From contig JBKBPM010000002.1 of assembly GCA_046293175.1 (NCBI GenBank), forward strand, positions 158,428-222,427: a DNA stretch of 64,000 nucleotides. Direction: 5' to 3'. This document shows, in pieces, positions 28,662 through 38,001 of this stretch (position 1 is the stretch's first letter; every line of letters begins with the position of its first letter). Source of the stretch: Minisyncoccia bacterium (GTDB lineage Bacteria > Patescibacteriota > Minisyncoccia > Phycocordibacterales > UBA918). The translations under genes and the position numbers were made by a program. Under the pieces are notes generated by a model. That model did no database searches. It had not been told where the DNA came from and saw only the letters and a list, made by a program, of their open reading frames with translations.

Positions 28662-29040
28662 GCGACTCATGGGAATTGATTACGGTACCAAAAAAGTAGG
28701 GATTGCCTTCACCGATGAGAGTGGGACGATGGCCTTTCCCCACGCAGTGGTGCCCAACACTCCCAAGCTTCTTGATGTTATTACTGGTTTGATCAATGAA
28801 AAAGGGGTTGGTGCGGTTGTCATTGGTCACTCGCTTGATAAAGAAGGAAAGCCAAACGCGGTTCATGCCGCAGTTGAAGCGCTCATGCTCGACCTCACGC
28901 TTGCGACCGGCCTCCCAATCCATCTTGAGCCAGAACAGTACTCAACCCAGGCCGCTATGCAGCTACAAGGACGAAATGCTAACACCGATGCTTCCGCTGC
29001 CGCCCTGATTCTCGACGGATTCCTTACTCGCAAAAAATAA
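28660..29040 (+). CDS. ruvX: Putative pre-16S rRNA nuclease / Holliday junction resolvase-like YqgF (RuvX)
   Basis: 126 aa; MRLMGIDYGTKKVGIA... RNase H-like YqgF signature. Confidence 0.85.
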   Translation: MRLMGIDYGTKKVGIAFTDESGTMAFPHAVVPNTPKLLDVITGLINEKGVGAVVIGHSLDKEGKPNAVHAAVEALMLDLTLATGLPIHLEPEQYSTQAAMQLQGRNANTDASAAALILDGFLTRKK

Positions 29041-29051
29041 TCATTATCTCT

Positions 29052-29384
29052 ATGGAACAAATCAGCTACGAAGATTTTGCAAAATTACACATTGGTATTG
29101 GTACCATTCTGTCCGTTGAAATTGTAGAGGGAGCCGATAAGCTCCTTAAGCTCGCGGTTGAAGTAGGGGAGGAGACACCGCGGCAGATTCTCTCTGGTAT
29201 TCGTGAATACTTTGAAGATCCACAATCACTCGTTGGAAAACAATTTCCGTTTGTACTCAATCTCGCACCGAGAGTGATTCGTGGCTTTGAAAGTCAGGGG
29301 ATGATTTTGGCAGCGAGTCACGAAGACAGTCTCGCCTTATTGGCACCAACTATCGTCGTACCACCAGGAACAAAAGTTAAGTAG
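29052..29384 (+). CDS. tRNA-binding domain protein (CsaA/Myf/EMAP-like OB fold)
   Basis: 110 aa; pattern F..L....G.I......E.ADKL.....VG.E..RQI.SGI resembles MetRS C-terminal/CsaA domain. Confidence 0.65.
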   Translation: MEQISYEDFAKLHIGIGTILSVEIVEGADKLLKLAVEVGEETPRQILSGIREYFEDPQSLVGKQFPFVLNLAPRVIRGFESQGMILAASHEDSLALLAPTIVVPPGTKVK

Positions 29385-29441
29385 AAATAGTTGGGGGTTT
29401 TGGCTGAGATTTTTAACCCACCTACCCGTATAATAGAAGGA

Positions 29442-30536
29442 ATGTCGATTAGTTCGTTACTCGCGCGCTATTTACCGCCGCCCCAGTTCCTTTCTATGCC
29501 AAGCCTTGGGGTGGATATTTCTGATACCTCACTCAAGTACGTACAGTTTGGTGATGAAAAGCGGGGGATGCGCCCGCTCAAAATGTGGGGAGAAATTGAT
29601 ATTCCTACTGGGGTACTCGATCGGGGGTATGTCCACGATCAAAAGAAGTTGGCTGAAGTACTTAAAGAGTGTAAGCAAAAGACTAATGCTACCTTTGTGC
29701 GAGTTTCTCTTCCAGAGGAACGAGCGTACCTATTTGAAACCGAAATAAAACGTTCAACTCCGACCAAAGAGATCCGTAGTCTCCTCGAATTTCGCCTAGA
29801 AGAAAACGTTCCCATCCCAGCCCGGGAAGCCTTTTTTGATTTTGATATCCTCAAAGGGGAGACGACTGATAAGACCGTACGTGTAGTGGTAGCAGCGTAT
29901 GCACGTGAGACCATCCTCAATTATTTTGATGCCTGTAATGAAGCTGGACTCATACCACTCTCTTTTGAAGTAGAGGCGCAGGCGATGGTGCGTTCCGTGT
30001 TACCAACTGGCGCACGTGGTGCCCATATGTTGGTGGACTTTGGGAAGACGCGTACCGGGGTGGGGATAGTGCTTGATGGCACTTTGATGTACACCTCCAC
30101 TATCGACTTTGGTGGGAATCAACTTTCAGAGGTGTTACGTAAGGTACATGGACAAATTACTGAAGGGGAGCTCACCACCATCAAAAATACCCAAGGACTC
30201 ATTAAGGGGGTGCACGATACACGTAGCTATGATGCACTTATTTCGACTATCTCGGTGATTAAAGATGAACTTTCGTCTCGGATTCAATACTGGCACGGTG
30301 GTAATTACAAAACCGACTCCCGTCGCATTCAGTCAGTGACGCTCTGTGGTGGTAGTTCAAATCTCAAAGGCCTGCCGGAATACTTTACCGAGACGCTTGG
30401 TATTCCGACCTCACGGGCGAGTGTCTGGCAAAATGCTTTTCGAGTTGATGACTACATCCCACCAGTGAGTGTCCGATATTCGTATGGCTATGCTACTGCG
30501 ATTGGTCTCGCGTTGCCGTCACAAAATCCTCTATGA
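29442..30536 (+). CDS. pilM: Type IV pilus assembly protein PilM (actin-like ATPase fold)
   Basis: Start chosen at ATG preceded by GAAGGA SD and TATAAT; LGVDISDTSLKYVQF N-terminus and actin-like motifs typical of PilM. Confidence 0.75.
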   Translation: MSISSLLARYLPPPQFLSMPSLGVDISDTSLKYVQFGDEKRGMRPLKMWGEIDIPTGVLDRGYVHDQKKLAEVLKECKQKTNATFVRVSLPEERAYLFETEIKRSTPTKEIRSLLEFRLEENVPIPAREAFFDFDILKGETTDKTVRVVVAAYARETILNYFDACNEAGLIPLSFEVEAQAMVRSVLPTGARGAHMLVDFGKTRTGVGIVLDGTLMYTSTIDFGGNQLSEVLRKVHGQITEGELTTIKNTQGLIKGVHDTRSYDALISTISVIKDELSSRIQYWHGGNYKTDSRRIQSVTLCGGSSNLKGLPEYFTETLGIPTSRASVWQNAFRVDDYIPPVSVRYSYGYATAIGLALPSQNPL

Positions 30537-31069
30537 TAAACCTGATTCCACCTAGTGCTGAAAAGCTAATCATCAAAGAGTATTGGCTCCGCGTCTTGGC
30601 GGTATGGTTGTTCTTGTTTGGAACAGGCTGCTTGATTGTGGCGAGTTTACACCTCCCGACCTATGTGCTGTTGCGCAATGAGCTCACCAGTCTCCGCGAA
30701 CAGGTCGCGAACAACGCTGCAGAGACGGCTTCGTTTGATACTGGTTCAGCAGCGCTTGCTACCGCTATGGCCGAAGCTGCGCTCTTGCAATCGGCAGGTA
30801 CGAGTAGTGCTCTTCATGTAGATGACATCAAAGCTCTAACTGAAATTGCTGGGAGTGAAGTCATCTTGTCATCTTTTGTGTTTACCAAGGCGGATAGTAC
30901 AACAATGGTGACCCTGATCGGGACGGCGCGCACCCGCGCCGCTCTGGCAAATTTTCGTGATGCTATTGAGGCTGATCAACGTTTTGCTGATGCGATTTTG
31001 CCAATTTCGAGTCTCATCAAAGATCGCAATATTGACTTTACTATGACCGTAACAAGTACCCACCTATGA
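30533..31069 (+). CDS. pilN: PilN-like inner-membrane pilus assembly protein
   Basis: 178 aa; N-terminal TM after conserved INLIP motif; overlaps pilM stop. Confidence 0.6.
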   Translation: MINLIPPSAEKLIIKEYWLRVLAVWLFLFGTGCLIVASLHLPTYVLLRNELTSLREQVANNAAETASFDTGSAALATAMAEAALLQSAGTSSALHVDDIKALTEIAGSEVILSSFVFTKADSTTMVTLIGTARTRAALANFRDAIEADQRFADAILPISSLIKDRNIDFTMTVTSTHL

Positions 31070-31575
31070 CCAAACAAACTGTCACAACGCTTGGTGTTGC
31101 TTCTCTCTACTTTGTGATTGTGGCGTCGGTTATGGTGTATGCGTTTATATCGGTACGTTCGCAAAAAGCTGATGCGCTGGCACTGGCGACTACATTGGCA
31201 GAACAGACGAGTAAACAATCGGTCGCTCGCACAGTAGCCACTACCATTGAATCAACCGCCGCACTTCGCGAAGAGGTCAGCACGTACTTTTTAGAAGAGA
31301 AAGAAACCATCTCGTTTATTACCGAGATTGAAGGTCTCGCTGGTGTACTTGGAGTGACGATTGAAACAACCTCCCTAGATATGACTAAAACAGAAGGTGG
31401 TCGGGGTGAGCTCAAAACTGGCTTTTCAGTAAAAGGCACCCGAGCAGCGGTGCTCCGTTTTATGGAGGCAATTGAAACACTCCCATACCATAGTCGGATT
31501 GCGACCATGCAGGTGACCGGTGAGGGTAATGAATGGCGTGGACAGGTAGATATCTTTGTTACAATAAAACCATGA
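31066..31575 (+). CDS. pilO: PilO-like pilus assembly protein
   Basis: 169 aa; single N-terminal TM, coiled-coil, position after pilN with 4-bp overlap. Confidence 0.5.
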   Translation: MTKQTVTTLGVASLYFVIVASVMVYAFISVRSQKADALALATTLAEQTSKQSVARTVATTIESTAALREEVSTYFLEEKETISFITEIEGLAGVLGVTIETTSLDMTKTEGGRGELKTGFSVKGTRAAVLRFMEAIETLPYHSRIATMQVTGEGNEWRGQVDIFVTIKP

Positions 31576-32030
31576 TAGACCAAGCGCGTATTCAACAAAT
31601 AGTAAAACGTCTTCTGAAGTCGCCTTCGGTCGAGGAACGACAAGCCATTAATCCACCACGGGAATGGGCCCTTGGTATTATGCTTTCACTAATTGGTGTT
31701 GGGGTAGGAGGGGCGGTGAGTTACCTTTCATATCTAAATACCGTATCGGTTGAGGTGGTGGCTCCGGTAGTTGTTGAACCTGCAGCGTATAGCGGGGTAG
31801 TAGTCGAAGGTGCCGCGATGCAATTCCGAGAGCGGGCAGCGCGGTTTGCCGAGCTGCGCGGGGACACTAGTGTTCCGGTTCCAGCGCCAATTGAAACTGT
31901 GGCAACTACAACAAAAGCCGAAGTACCGCCACCGACAGAAGTTGAAGTTGTGCCGGAGATACCAGAGACACCAGTCGATGAGGCTCCGGCTTCGGAACCG
32001 GATGGTTTGACACCGGAGTTGGGTGTGTAG
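31572..32030 (+). CDS. Hypothetical membrane protein with Pro/Glu/Val-rich C-terminus (possible PilP/PilQ-associated)
   Basis: Start taken at ATGA overlap with pilO stop; one TM (ALGIMLSLIGVGVGGAV). Confidence 0.45.
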   Translation: MIDQARIQQIVKRLLKSPSVEERQAINPPREWALGIMLSLIGVGVGGAVSYLSYLNTVSVEVVAPVVVEPAAYSGVVVEGAAMQFRERAARFAELRGDTSVPVPAPIETVATTTKAEVPPPTEVEVVPEIPETPVDEAPASEPDGLTPELGV

Positions 32031-32057
32031 GGTACAGTTACAAATCGTGAATCATTT

Positions 32058-32118
32058 GGTCACCAGTCACTAATTATAATTGTTCACTACGTTCGAAATC
32101 TACTAAGTGTTCACGACC
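32058..32118 (+). repeat. tRNA-downstream module, partial copy C (mini-repeat + first ~36 nt of main repeat), antisense to tRNA-Arg(TCT)
   Basis: TTCACTACGTTCGAAATCTACTAAGTGTTC identical to copy A for 30 nt. Confidence 0.5.
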
Positions 32119-32249
32119 TTGGCTTGGAATCGTCCTGACGGTCACCAAGCTAGATTGTTTCGTATACACTCACAATCTAGCAGGTGCCGCGGGACACGGC
32201 TCGCCGGCCCTAAACTTGCAAAAGCGTCCCACGCTTTCTCACCCGGCTT

Positions 32250-32340
32250 TGCCGTTCGATTCCAAGCCGTGCCTACAAATGGCAACAGCCAGAACGCATG
32301 CGCGTGCTGGCTGGCCATTTGTGCCCCGGCTTGGAATCGA
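32250..32340. repeat. ~36-bp inverted repeat: tRNA-Arg(TCT) T-arm/acceptor/trailer pairs with an inverted copy; inner palindrome CGCATGCG
   Basis: Arm GTTCGATTCCAAGCCG.GGCACAAATGGC.AGCCAG on both strands; same architecture as at tRNA-Arg(GCG). Confidence 0.6.
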
Positions 32341-32392
32341 ACCAAGAATAACGGCTTAGAAGTCCGCAGTTATATCCATTTAACTACCGGGA
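32321..32392 (-). tRNA. tRNA-Arg (anticodon TCT)
   Basis: Manual fold: acceptor GTCCCGG/CCGGGGC (one G-U), D-arm GTTAAATGGATATAAC, anticodon loop CTTCTAA, T-arm CTTGGTTCGATTCCAAG; 72 nt; ORFs 32107..32406(+) and 32142..32345(-) are spurious. Confidence 0.7.
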
Positions 32393-32487
32393 CGCACCCC
32401 ATCTAAAGATGAGGTGAAGCTAGCATAGCAAAAAAATGCTGTGTCGGAAACTTCGTAAATCGTGGCAGGTTTTGTATACTAAGGCGT

Positions 32488-33225
32488 ATGCAAACACGAC
32501 CGACTATTCTCTTGGTACAATTCAGACAAACTCCTGCTGCAGATTTGCTTGAACGACAGAGTATTGAACGTGAAGTTTCTCCTTTTGTAACTGTAAAAAC
32601 AATTTGTGGTGTCACTGAAGATGTTCGGGCAGTATTAAACGAAGTCGATGGAGTGATTCTTGGTGGTTCGGGCGACTACGACTTTGATGGGGCGCGGTCA
32701 GTTGATGATCCGGTGCGGGCTCGTACTGAGAGCCTCTTCCGTTCTCTTGGTCCGACGCTTGATTATTTATTTACTATCGATAAACCCCTCCTTGGTATCT
32801 GTTTTGGACACCAGCTCATGGGTGCCTTTCGAGGGGCTAGTGTCTATCATGATAAAGAGCAGAGTAAGTTGAAGACTCACACGGTGACCATGCATGAGGA
32901 AGGGCGAAATCATCGCCTGTTCGCGAACATGCCGACTACCTTTGATGCGCAGTATGGGCACAAGGATGTACTTGCACATATTCCGACGGGCGCAACGTTG
33001 CTCGCCCACGGCGGTGAGTCGTGTCGGGTCTCAGCGCTCGCGTATAGTGATAATATTATCTCGACACAATTCCATCCCGAATTGACCTTAACCGATATGT
33101 ATGACCGTGTGGCCCATATTCCACACTATTTGCCTGAGGGAACGACCGTGGATGAAATGTTTTTTGATACTCCGCACGCGCGGACGATTTTGCATAATTT
33201 TGCGAAGGTGGTGGCGGTGGGGTAG
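32488..33225 (+). CDS. Class I glutamine amidotransferase-like protein
   Basis: 245 aa; nucleophile elbow GICFGHQLM and His/Glu region typical of GATase1. Confidence 0.7.
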   Translation: MQTRPTILLVQFRQTPAADLLERQSIEREVSPFVTVKTICGVTEDVRAVLNEVDGVILGGSGDYDFDGARSVDDPVRARTESLFRSLGPTLDYLFTIDKPLLGICFGHQLMGAFRGASVYHDKEQSKLKTHTVTMHEEGRNHRLFANMPTTFDAQYGHKDVLAHIPTGATLLAHGGESCRVSALAYSDNIISTQFHPELTLTDMYDRVAHIPHYLPEGTTVDEMFFDTPHARTILHNFAKVVAVG

Positions 33226-33236
33226 GGGCGGGACTT

Positions 33237-33302
33237 GGTCATAAGTCACTAAGCTTTTTATTGAACTCAGTTCATAAAAATCTAAGTACTTGCGACCCCT
33301 CC
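33237..33302 (+). repeat. tRNA-downstream module, partial copy D, antisense to tRNA-Val
   Basis: GGTCATAAGTCACTAAGC + TTCATAAAAATCTAAGTACTTGCGACCCCTCC; ~75% identity to copy A. Confidence 0.5.
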
Positions 33303-33418
33303 TTGACTCTCTCTTTCTCCGCTTCGCTCCGAAATTCGCATGAGTCCCCGGCTTTCAAGTCCCTTATCGCCAGACCAACAGCAACGGCCGGAACACTAAC
33401 GTGTTCCGGCCGGCTGAT

Positions 33419-33494
33419 TGGTGGGCGATGAGGGACTTGAACCCCCGACCTTCTCAGTGTAAATGAGCTGCTCTACCAACTGAGCTAATCGCCC
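33419..33494 (-). tRNA. tRNA-Val (anticodon TAC), CCA encoded
   Basis: Manual fold: acceptor GGGCGAT/ATCGCCC, anticodon loop TTTACAC, T-arm GGGGGTTCAAGTCCCTC. Confidence 0.9.
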
Positions 33495-33573
33495 GCACTT
33501 AGTTGCCTAAGGTAGCCACTATACTACCTGCTTTTGAAAATATTTCAATAGCTGCTCATTATTAGGTATACTG

Positions 33574-33855
33574 GTGACTATGATAGAGCTGCACGCAACC
33601 GTAACCGGAAAAGTCCAAGGCGTCCGCTACCGGGACTATGTTCAACAAGTAGCTACCAATATGGGATTGGTTGGTTCGGTCGAGAATCGGAGAGATGGTT
33701 CAGTTTTTGTGATTGCCCAAGGTATGCCTGACGTACTTAAGGAATTTGTTGAGTACCTCCATGAGGGATCTCTCCTTTCTAAGGTAGATGGGGTAGCGGT
33801 TGAGTGGCGGAGCCAGGCGAAGGTTTACCAAGAGTTCTCCATTCTTTTTACTTAG
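33574..33855 (+). CDS. acyP: Acylphosphatase
   Basis: 93 aa; V.G.VQGV.YR motif (VTGKVQGVRYRDY) and GxVxN (GSVENRRDG). Confidence 0.85.
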   Translation: MTMIELHATVTGKVQGVRYRDYVQQVATNMGLVGSVENRRDGSVFVIAQGMPDVLKEFVEYLHEGSLLSKVDGVAVEWRSQAKVYQEFSILFT

Positions 33856-33859
33856 CTGT

Positions 33860-34546
33860 ATGACAGATAGCCCAATACGTCCCACCTGCGTTGGTTTTAT
33901 CATGGATGGTAACCGTCGCTGGGCACTCGAGCAAAATGCGGAAACAATCTTTGGTCACGAAGCCGGTGAAAAAAAATTTTATGAAGTGGCACAGTGGATA
34001 AAAGAAGCGCATATTCCACACGCGGTCTTTTATGCGTTTTCCAGTGAGAACTGGAAGCGTAGTTTGCTTGAGGTGACCTATCTTCAAGAACTCTTTTTGC
34101 GCTTCACGAAGCGAATGTTGGCCGAAGTGCACCAATGGCAGGTGAGAGTCAACGTTTTTGGAGATCTCTCCCTATTTAGTGATGAGCTGCGACAAGCAGT
34201 TGGTGAACTCATGCAGGAAAGTGCCCGCTATGAGACTACTACTATTTGGGTAGCGCTCTCTTATGGTGGGCGAGCAGAGATAGTGGCGGCAGTCAACAAA
34301 GCAATCGTTGTAGGGCGACCAGTTGATGATGTGACCTTTGCTCGTCACCTGGCTACCGCTGGAATGCCAGACCCTGACCTTATTATTCGGACTGGGGGAG
34401 ACGTTCGACTGTCTAATTTTTTACCGTGGCAGTCGGTCTACAGCGAGCTTATGTTTACTCCTACCTATTGGCCGGCATTTACTAAAGACGAATTTATGAG
34501 TATGCTGACGCAGTATGGAGATAGAAAACGTCGTTTCGGACGCTAA
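33860..34546 (+). CDS. uppS: Undecaprenyl (isoprenyl) diphosphate synthase, cis-prenyltransferase
   Basis: Start at MTDSPIRP...; motifs FIMDGNRRWA, ENW.R, RTGG..RLS.FLPWQ. Confidence 0.85.
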   Translation: MTDSPIRPTCVGFIMDGNRRWALEQNAETIFGHEAGEKKFYEVAQWIKEAHIPHAVFYAFSSENWKRSLLEVTYLQELFLRFTKRMLAEVHQWQVRVNVFGDLSLFSDELRQAVGELMQESARYETTTIWVALSYGGRAEIVAAVNKAIVVGRPVDDVTFARHLATAGMPDPDLIIRTGGDVRLSNFLPWQSVYSELMFTPTYWPAFTKDEFMSMLTQYGDRKRRFGR

Positions 34547-35291
34547 AGATATAACTGAGCCAGTGGTCCTCTTTGAAAATGAGGCTGTGTTGGTCGTGAA
34601 TAAGCCCTACGGTATGCTCGTTCACGAGGATTGGCAAAAAGCCGATACGACACTTGTCGATTGGTTCTTGATCCGCTGTCCGGAGGCGAAGGGAGTGGGG
34701 GAAGCGACCGCGACCCCTGATGGGAAGCCACTTGAACGCTCTGGGGTAGTCCACCGACTCGACCGTGATACTTCCGGCGTCATGATCCTGGCAAAGACGG
34801 CGGAGGCTCATGCGCACCTCAAGGCCCAGTTCCATGATCGTCACGCCAAAAAAGAATATCGTGCCTTTGTCTACGGTCGCCTCAATGAACGGTGGGGAAC
34901 GATTAATCGCCCGATTGGTCGCAATACCCAGAACTTCCGCCTACGCTCCGCCCAGCGGGGTGCCAAAGGTACGTTGCGCAGTGCCGTGACAGATTGGGAA
35001 CGAATTGCGGCCGGCGAGTACGCAGGAGAGCCCTTTTCCTATGTAAAGCTTATCCCGAAGACTGGACGTACTCACCAGCTGCGCGTCCACCTCAAAGCCA
35101 TTGACCGACCAATTGTGGGGGATGTCCTCTACAGCGGCAAAAAGCGAGAACTTTCTAACAATCTTGAGCTCGACCGTTTGGCCCTCCATGCTCATGTCCT
35201 TGAGCTTACGTTGCCAAATGGAAGCCTTGAACGCTTTATTGCTCCGGTACCCCACAGCTTTGAACTAGCAGCGGAACGTATTGCAGAATAA
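34515..35291 (+). CDS. RluA-family pseudouridine synthase
   Basis: 258 aa; catalytic HRLDRDTSGVMILAKT motif. Confidence 0.8.
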   Translation: MEIENVVSDAKDITEPVVLFENEAVLVVNKPYGMLVHEDWQKADTTLVDWFLIRCPEAKGVGEATATPDGKPLERSGVVHRLDRDTSGVMILAKTAEAHAHLKAQFHDRHAKKEYRAFVYGRLNERWGTINRPIGRNTQNFRLRSAQRGAKGTLRSAVTDWERIAAGEYAGEPFSYVKLIPKTGRTHQLRVHLKAIDRPIVGDVLYSGKKRELSNNLELDRLALHAHVLELTLPNGSLERFIAPVPHSFELAAERIAE

Positions 35292-35357
35292 GGGAGCTTG
35301 TGGTAGATTAGGGCACGTTTTACACGGACCAGAGGCATTTATTGTTATTATTATTGT

Positions 35358-35930
35358 ATGAACACAGCATTACAAGGCGTTGCTATCTCGCCAGTACAGA
35401 TGGCAGACCGCAAAGCGCTCGGCATCAAGCCAGGTGACACAGTTAAGGTGCACCAGAAAATCGTCGATAAGGGAAAGACTCGTCTTCAGGTATTTGAAGG
35501 TGTGGTCCTTGCTCGTAAGCATGGCAATGAGCCAGGCGCTACATTCACCGTCCGTAAGGTTTCAAGTGGGGTTGGCGTAGAGAAGATTTTCCCGCTCTAC
35601 ACACCACTGATTGAAAAAATTGAAATTGTGAAGCGCGCCAAGGTCCGTCGTGCCAAGCTCTATTACATCCGCGAGAAGGTGGCGCGTGAAATCAAGCGTC
35701 AAATGCGCCGCATGTCTCTCGTTTCGATGTCTACTGAAAGTGAGACTGAAGCGAACGCTCGTATTGAAGCAGAAGCAAACGCGGTCGCCGAAGCTGCCGC
35801 CGCTGCAGAAGCAGCAGCACTCGCAGCTGCAGCACCAGCGATAGAAGAAACTCCAGCTGAAGCCACACCAGCGGTGGCTGAAGAAACTTCGGCTGTTGAA
35901 ACACCCGCTGAAGAAGAGAAGAAGGACTAA
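35358..35930 (+). CDS. rplS: 50S ribosomal protein L19 with Ala/Glu-rich C-terminal extension
   Basis: N-terminal 115 aa canonical L19; ~70-aa low-complexity AEAxAAA tail. Confidence 0.9.
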   Translation: MNTALQGVAISPVQMADRKALGIKPGDTVKVHQKIVDKGKTRLQVFEGVVLARKHGNEPGATFTVRKVSSGVGVEKIFPLYTPLIEKIEIVKRAKVRRAKLYYIREKVAREIKRQMRRMSLVSMSTESETEANARIEAEANAVAEAAAAAEAAALAAAAPAIEETPAEATPAVAEETSAVETPAEEEKKD

Positions 35931-36040
35931 AGAATTTTCCTCACAAAAACCGAACGCCTCGTGCGCTCGGTTTTTGTTATGGTTGCAAATTACGTACTTT
36001 CCGTGCATAATGTCGCCACTTGAGAAATCAAGGGACACCT

Positions 36041-36124
36041 GCCCAGGTGGCGAAATTGGTAGACGCACTACCTTGAGGTGGTAGCGCCTTCACAGGCATG
36101 CTGGTTCAAATCCAGTCTTGGGCA
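36041..36124 (+). tRNA. tRNA-Leu (anticodon GAG), long variable arm, CCA not encoded
   Basis: Manual fold: acceptor GCCCAGG/CTTGGGC, anticodon stem CTACC/GGTAG loop TTGAGGT, T-arm CTGGTTCAAATCCAG. Confidence 0.9.
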
Positions 36125-36127
36125 CAA

Positions 36128-36155
36128 TATAAAAGACGCACCGAGGTGCGTCTTT
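36128..36155 (+). terminator. Intrinsic terminator AAAAGACGCACCGAGGTGCGTCTTTT after tRNA-Leu
   Basis: Perfect hairpin with A4/T4 flanks. Confidence 0.6.
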
Positions 36156-36205
36156 TATATTGTGCCCAAGAAGAAAAGCATTAATATGCTTTTCGTCTGG
36201 ATTTG

Positions 36206-36290
36206 AAAGCCGCAGCGTTGTTTTCTTTTAACAAAAAAGAAAACCGCGAGGCGGGGTCGAGAGTACTTAGATTTTTATGAACGAAGTGAA
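36206..36290 (-). repeat. tRNA-downstream module, copy B main repeat (reverse complement of copy A), antisense to tRNA-Leu; mini-repeat at 36523-36540
   Basis: ~80% identity to 9112-9200 with compensatory hairpin substitutions; mini-repeat ACTTAGTGATTCGTGACC identical to copy A. Confidence 0.6.
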
Positions 36291-36592
36291 ATAAAAAGCT
36301 TTGTAACTTGTGACCTAATCCAGTCTTGGTTATTCATAATACCGAAACGGGTGAGCCCTGGGTGAGAAATGGGAAAGGGACCCATTTCGCAAGACCTTTT
36401 GAGAAATCTTTTATTTCCAAAAGGGGTACTGCTCCTGTAAGGAGGAAGTTCTTACTAGAATTGGAGCGAAGCAAACAATTATAGTTAGCAACTTGACCCC
36501 AGTGAAAATACGCACCTCAAAAACTTAGTGATTCGTGACCAAGACAAACAACTTCTGACCAAATCCACTCTCTACACCACCGTCTATAGCTG

Positions 36593-37999
36593 ATGATATA
36601 CTACTCCCGTATGACCTACTCGCTTGCCCCACAGTTTCTAAAAGCCTTCAAAGATGCTGATATTCGTGGGACCTATCCCGAAGAGATTAACGAGGGAGTT
36701 GCCTACGCTGTAGCGCGTGCCTTTGTGGAGGAGTTTGCCTATACCAAGGTGGTGGTGGGACGAGATATGCGACTGTCTTCACCAGAGCTACACACCGCTT
36801 TTGTGGCTGGTGTGCGAGACGCCGGTGCGGACGTTATTGATGTGGGGATGGTAGCGACCCCACAGCTCTACTTTGCCTCTGGGTCCATGGATATCCCCGG
36901 GGTGATGATTACCGCCTCGCACAGTCCAGCTGAATATAATGGGATGAAGCTCGTGCATGCACAGGCGATACCGCTCACTAAGCGCAATGGCCTCGCGCAA
37001 CTCCTCAAACGAGTGAAAAAAGGGCAGCGGGTGACACCGAATAAAAAAGGAAAGTACACCAAAAAGAATATTGACGCTGGCTATCAGAAGCAAGTCCTCG
37101 CCGGCATCAAACCAAAGCGCTACGCCGGTATTCGTCTCGCGACCGATATTGGTAACGGGATGGCGCATGATATTGTGCCACTCTTAGCCGCAAAGCTCCC
37201 CATTAAGTTTGATACAATTTTTGCCCGCCGTGATGGTCATTTCCCGAATCGGGACTCTGATCCAAACCTCCGCGAGAATCAAATTGCGCTTGATAATAAA
37301 ATTGATCACGGTCACTATGACTTCGGTATCTCCTTTGATGGTGATGCTGACCGTATTGCTTTCTTAGACGAACATGGTAACTACGTAAACAGTGCCGCTA
37401 TTGGTGCCTTGATTGCGAAGCGTATTTTGGCTCGCGAACCAAAAGCGAAGATCGCCTCAACTAATCTCAATAGCCGTATCTACGACGAAACGATTAAAAA
37501 GCATGGAGGGAAAGTAGTAATGGCACGTACGGGACACACCTTTGTGAAAGAAGCGATGCGCAAACATCAAGCTGTCTTTGGTTGCGAATACTCAGGCCAC
37601 TTCTTCTTTCGTGATTTCTTTTATACCGATTCGGTGGTATTAACCCTCCGTGAGGTGCTTGATGCCTATGTCGAAGGTAAAGCCGCTGGGCAGACCTTCA
37701 GCCAGCTTATGGCACCGTACCTCATCTACGAACAGACCGAAGATATTGTCATACCAGTTAAAGATAAGGATGTCGCTATGGCGAAGGTTCATGACTATCT
37801 CGTCTCTCTAAAACCTAAAACACTCAAGAAATTTGATGGCTACTTTGTTGATTTCGGTGACGTGTGGGGTGCGGTCAAAATGAGTGTGACCGAATACGGC
37901 GTGAAGTTGATGTTTGAATCAACGAGCAAAACGAAAGCTCAAAAGCTTCAGCGGAAGATTCAGCAGTTTGTGAAATCGATTACCAAAGATACTCAATAG
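36593..37999 (+). CDS. Phosphoglucomutase/phosphomannomutase family protein
   Basis: 468 aa; active-site ITASHSPAEYNGMK, metal loop FDGDADR. Confidence 0.8.
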   Translation: MIYYSRMTYSLAPQFLKAFKDADIRGTYPEEINEGVAYAVARAFVEEFAYTKVVVGRDMRLSSPELHTAFVAGVRDAGADVIDVGMVATPQLYFASGSMDIPGVMITASHSPAEYNGMKLVHAQAIPLTKRNGLAQLLKRVKKGQRVTPNKKGKYTKKNIDAGYQKQVLAGIKPKRYAGIRLATDIGNGMAHDIVPLLAAKLPIKFDTIFARRDGHFPNRDSDPNLRENQIALDNKIDHGHYDFGISFDGDADRIAFLDEHGNYVNSAAIGALIAKRILAREPKAKIASTNLNSRIYDETIKKHGGKVVMARTGHTFVKEAMRKHQAVFGCEYSGHFFFRDFFYTDSVVLTLREVLDAYVEGKAAGQTFSQLMAPYLIYEQTEDIVIPVKDKDVAMAKVHDYLVSLKPKTLKKFDGYFVDFGDVWGAVKMSVTEYGVKLMFESTSKTKAQKLQRKIQQFVKSITKDTQ

Positions 38000-38001
38000 C
38001 A

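Noticed and set aside
32107-32406. ORFs 32107..32406(+) and 32142..32345(-) and the idea that the region is tmRNA or RNase P RNA
   Set aside because: The ORFs are artefacts (LAWNR repeated from GGCTTGGAATCG repeats). I compared the region to tmRNA and RNase P consensus. The 5' GGGG..GGAUUCGAC and 3' P4 partner motifs are missing. A plain tRNA-Arg(TCT) plus inverted copy explains the T-loop-like motifs.
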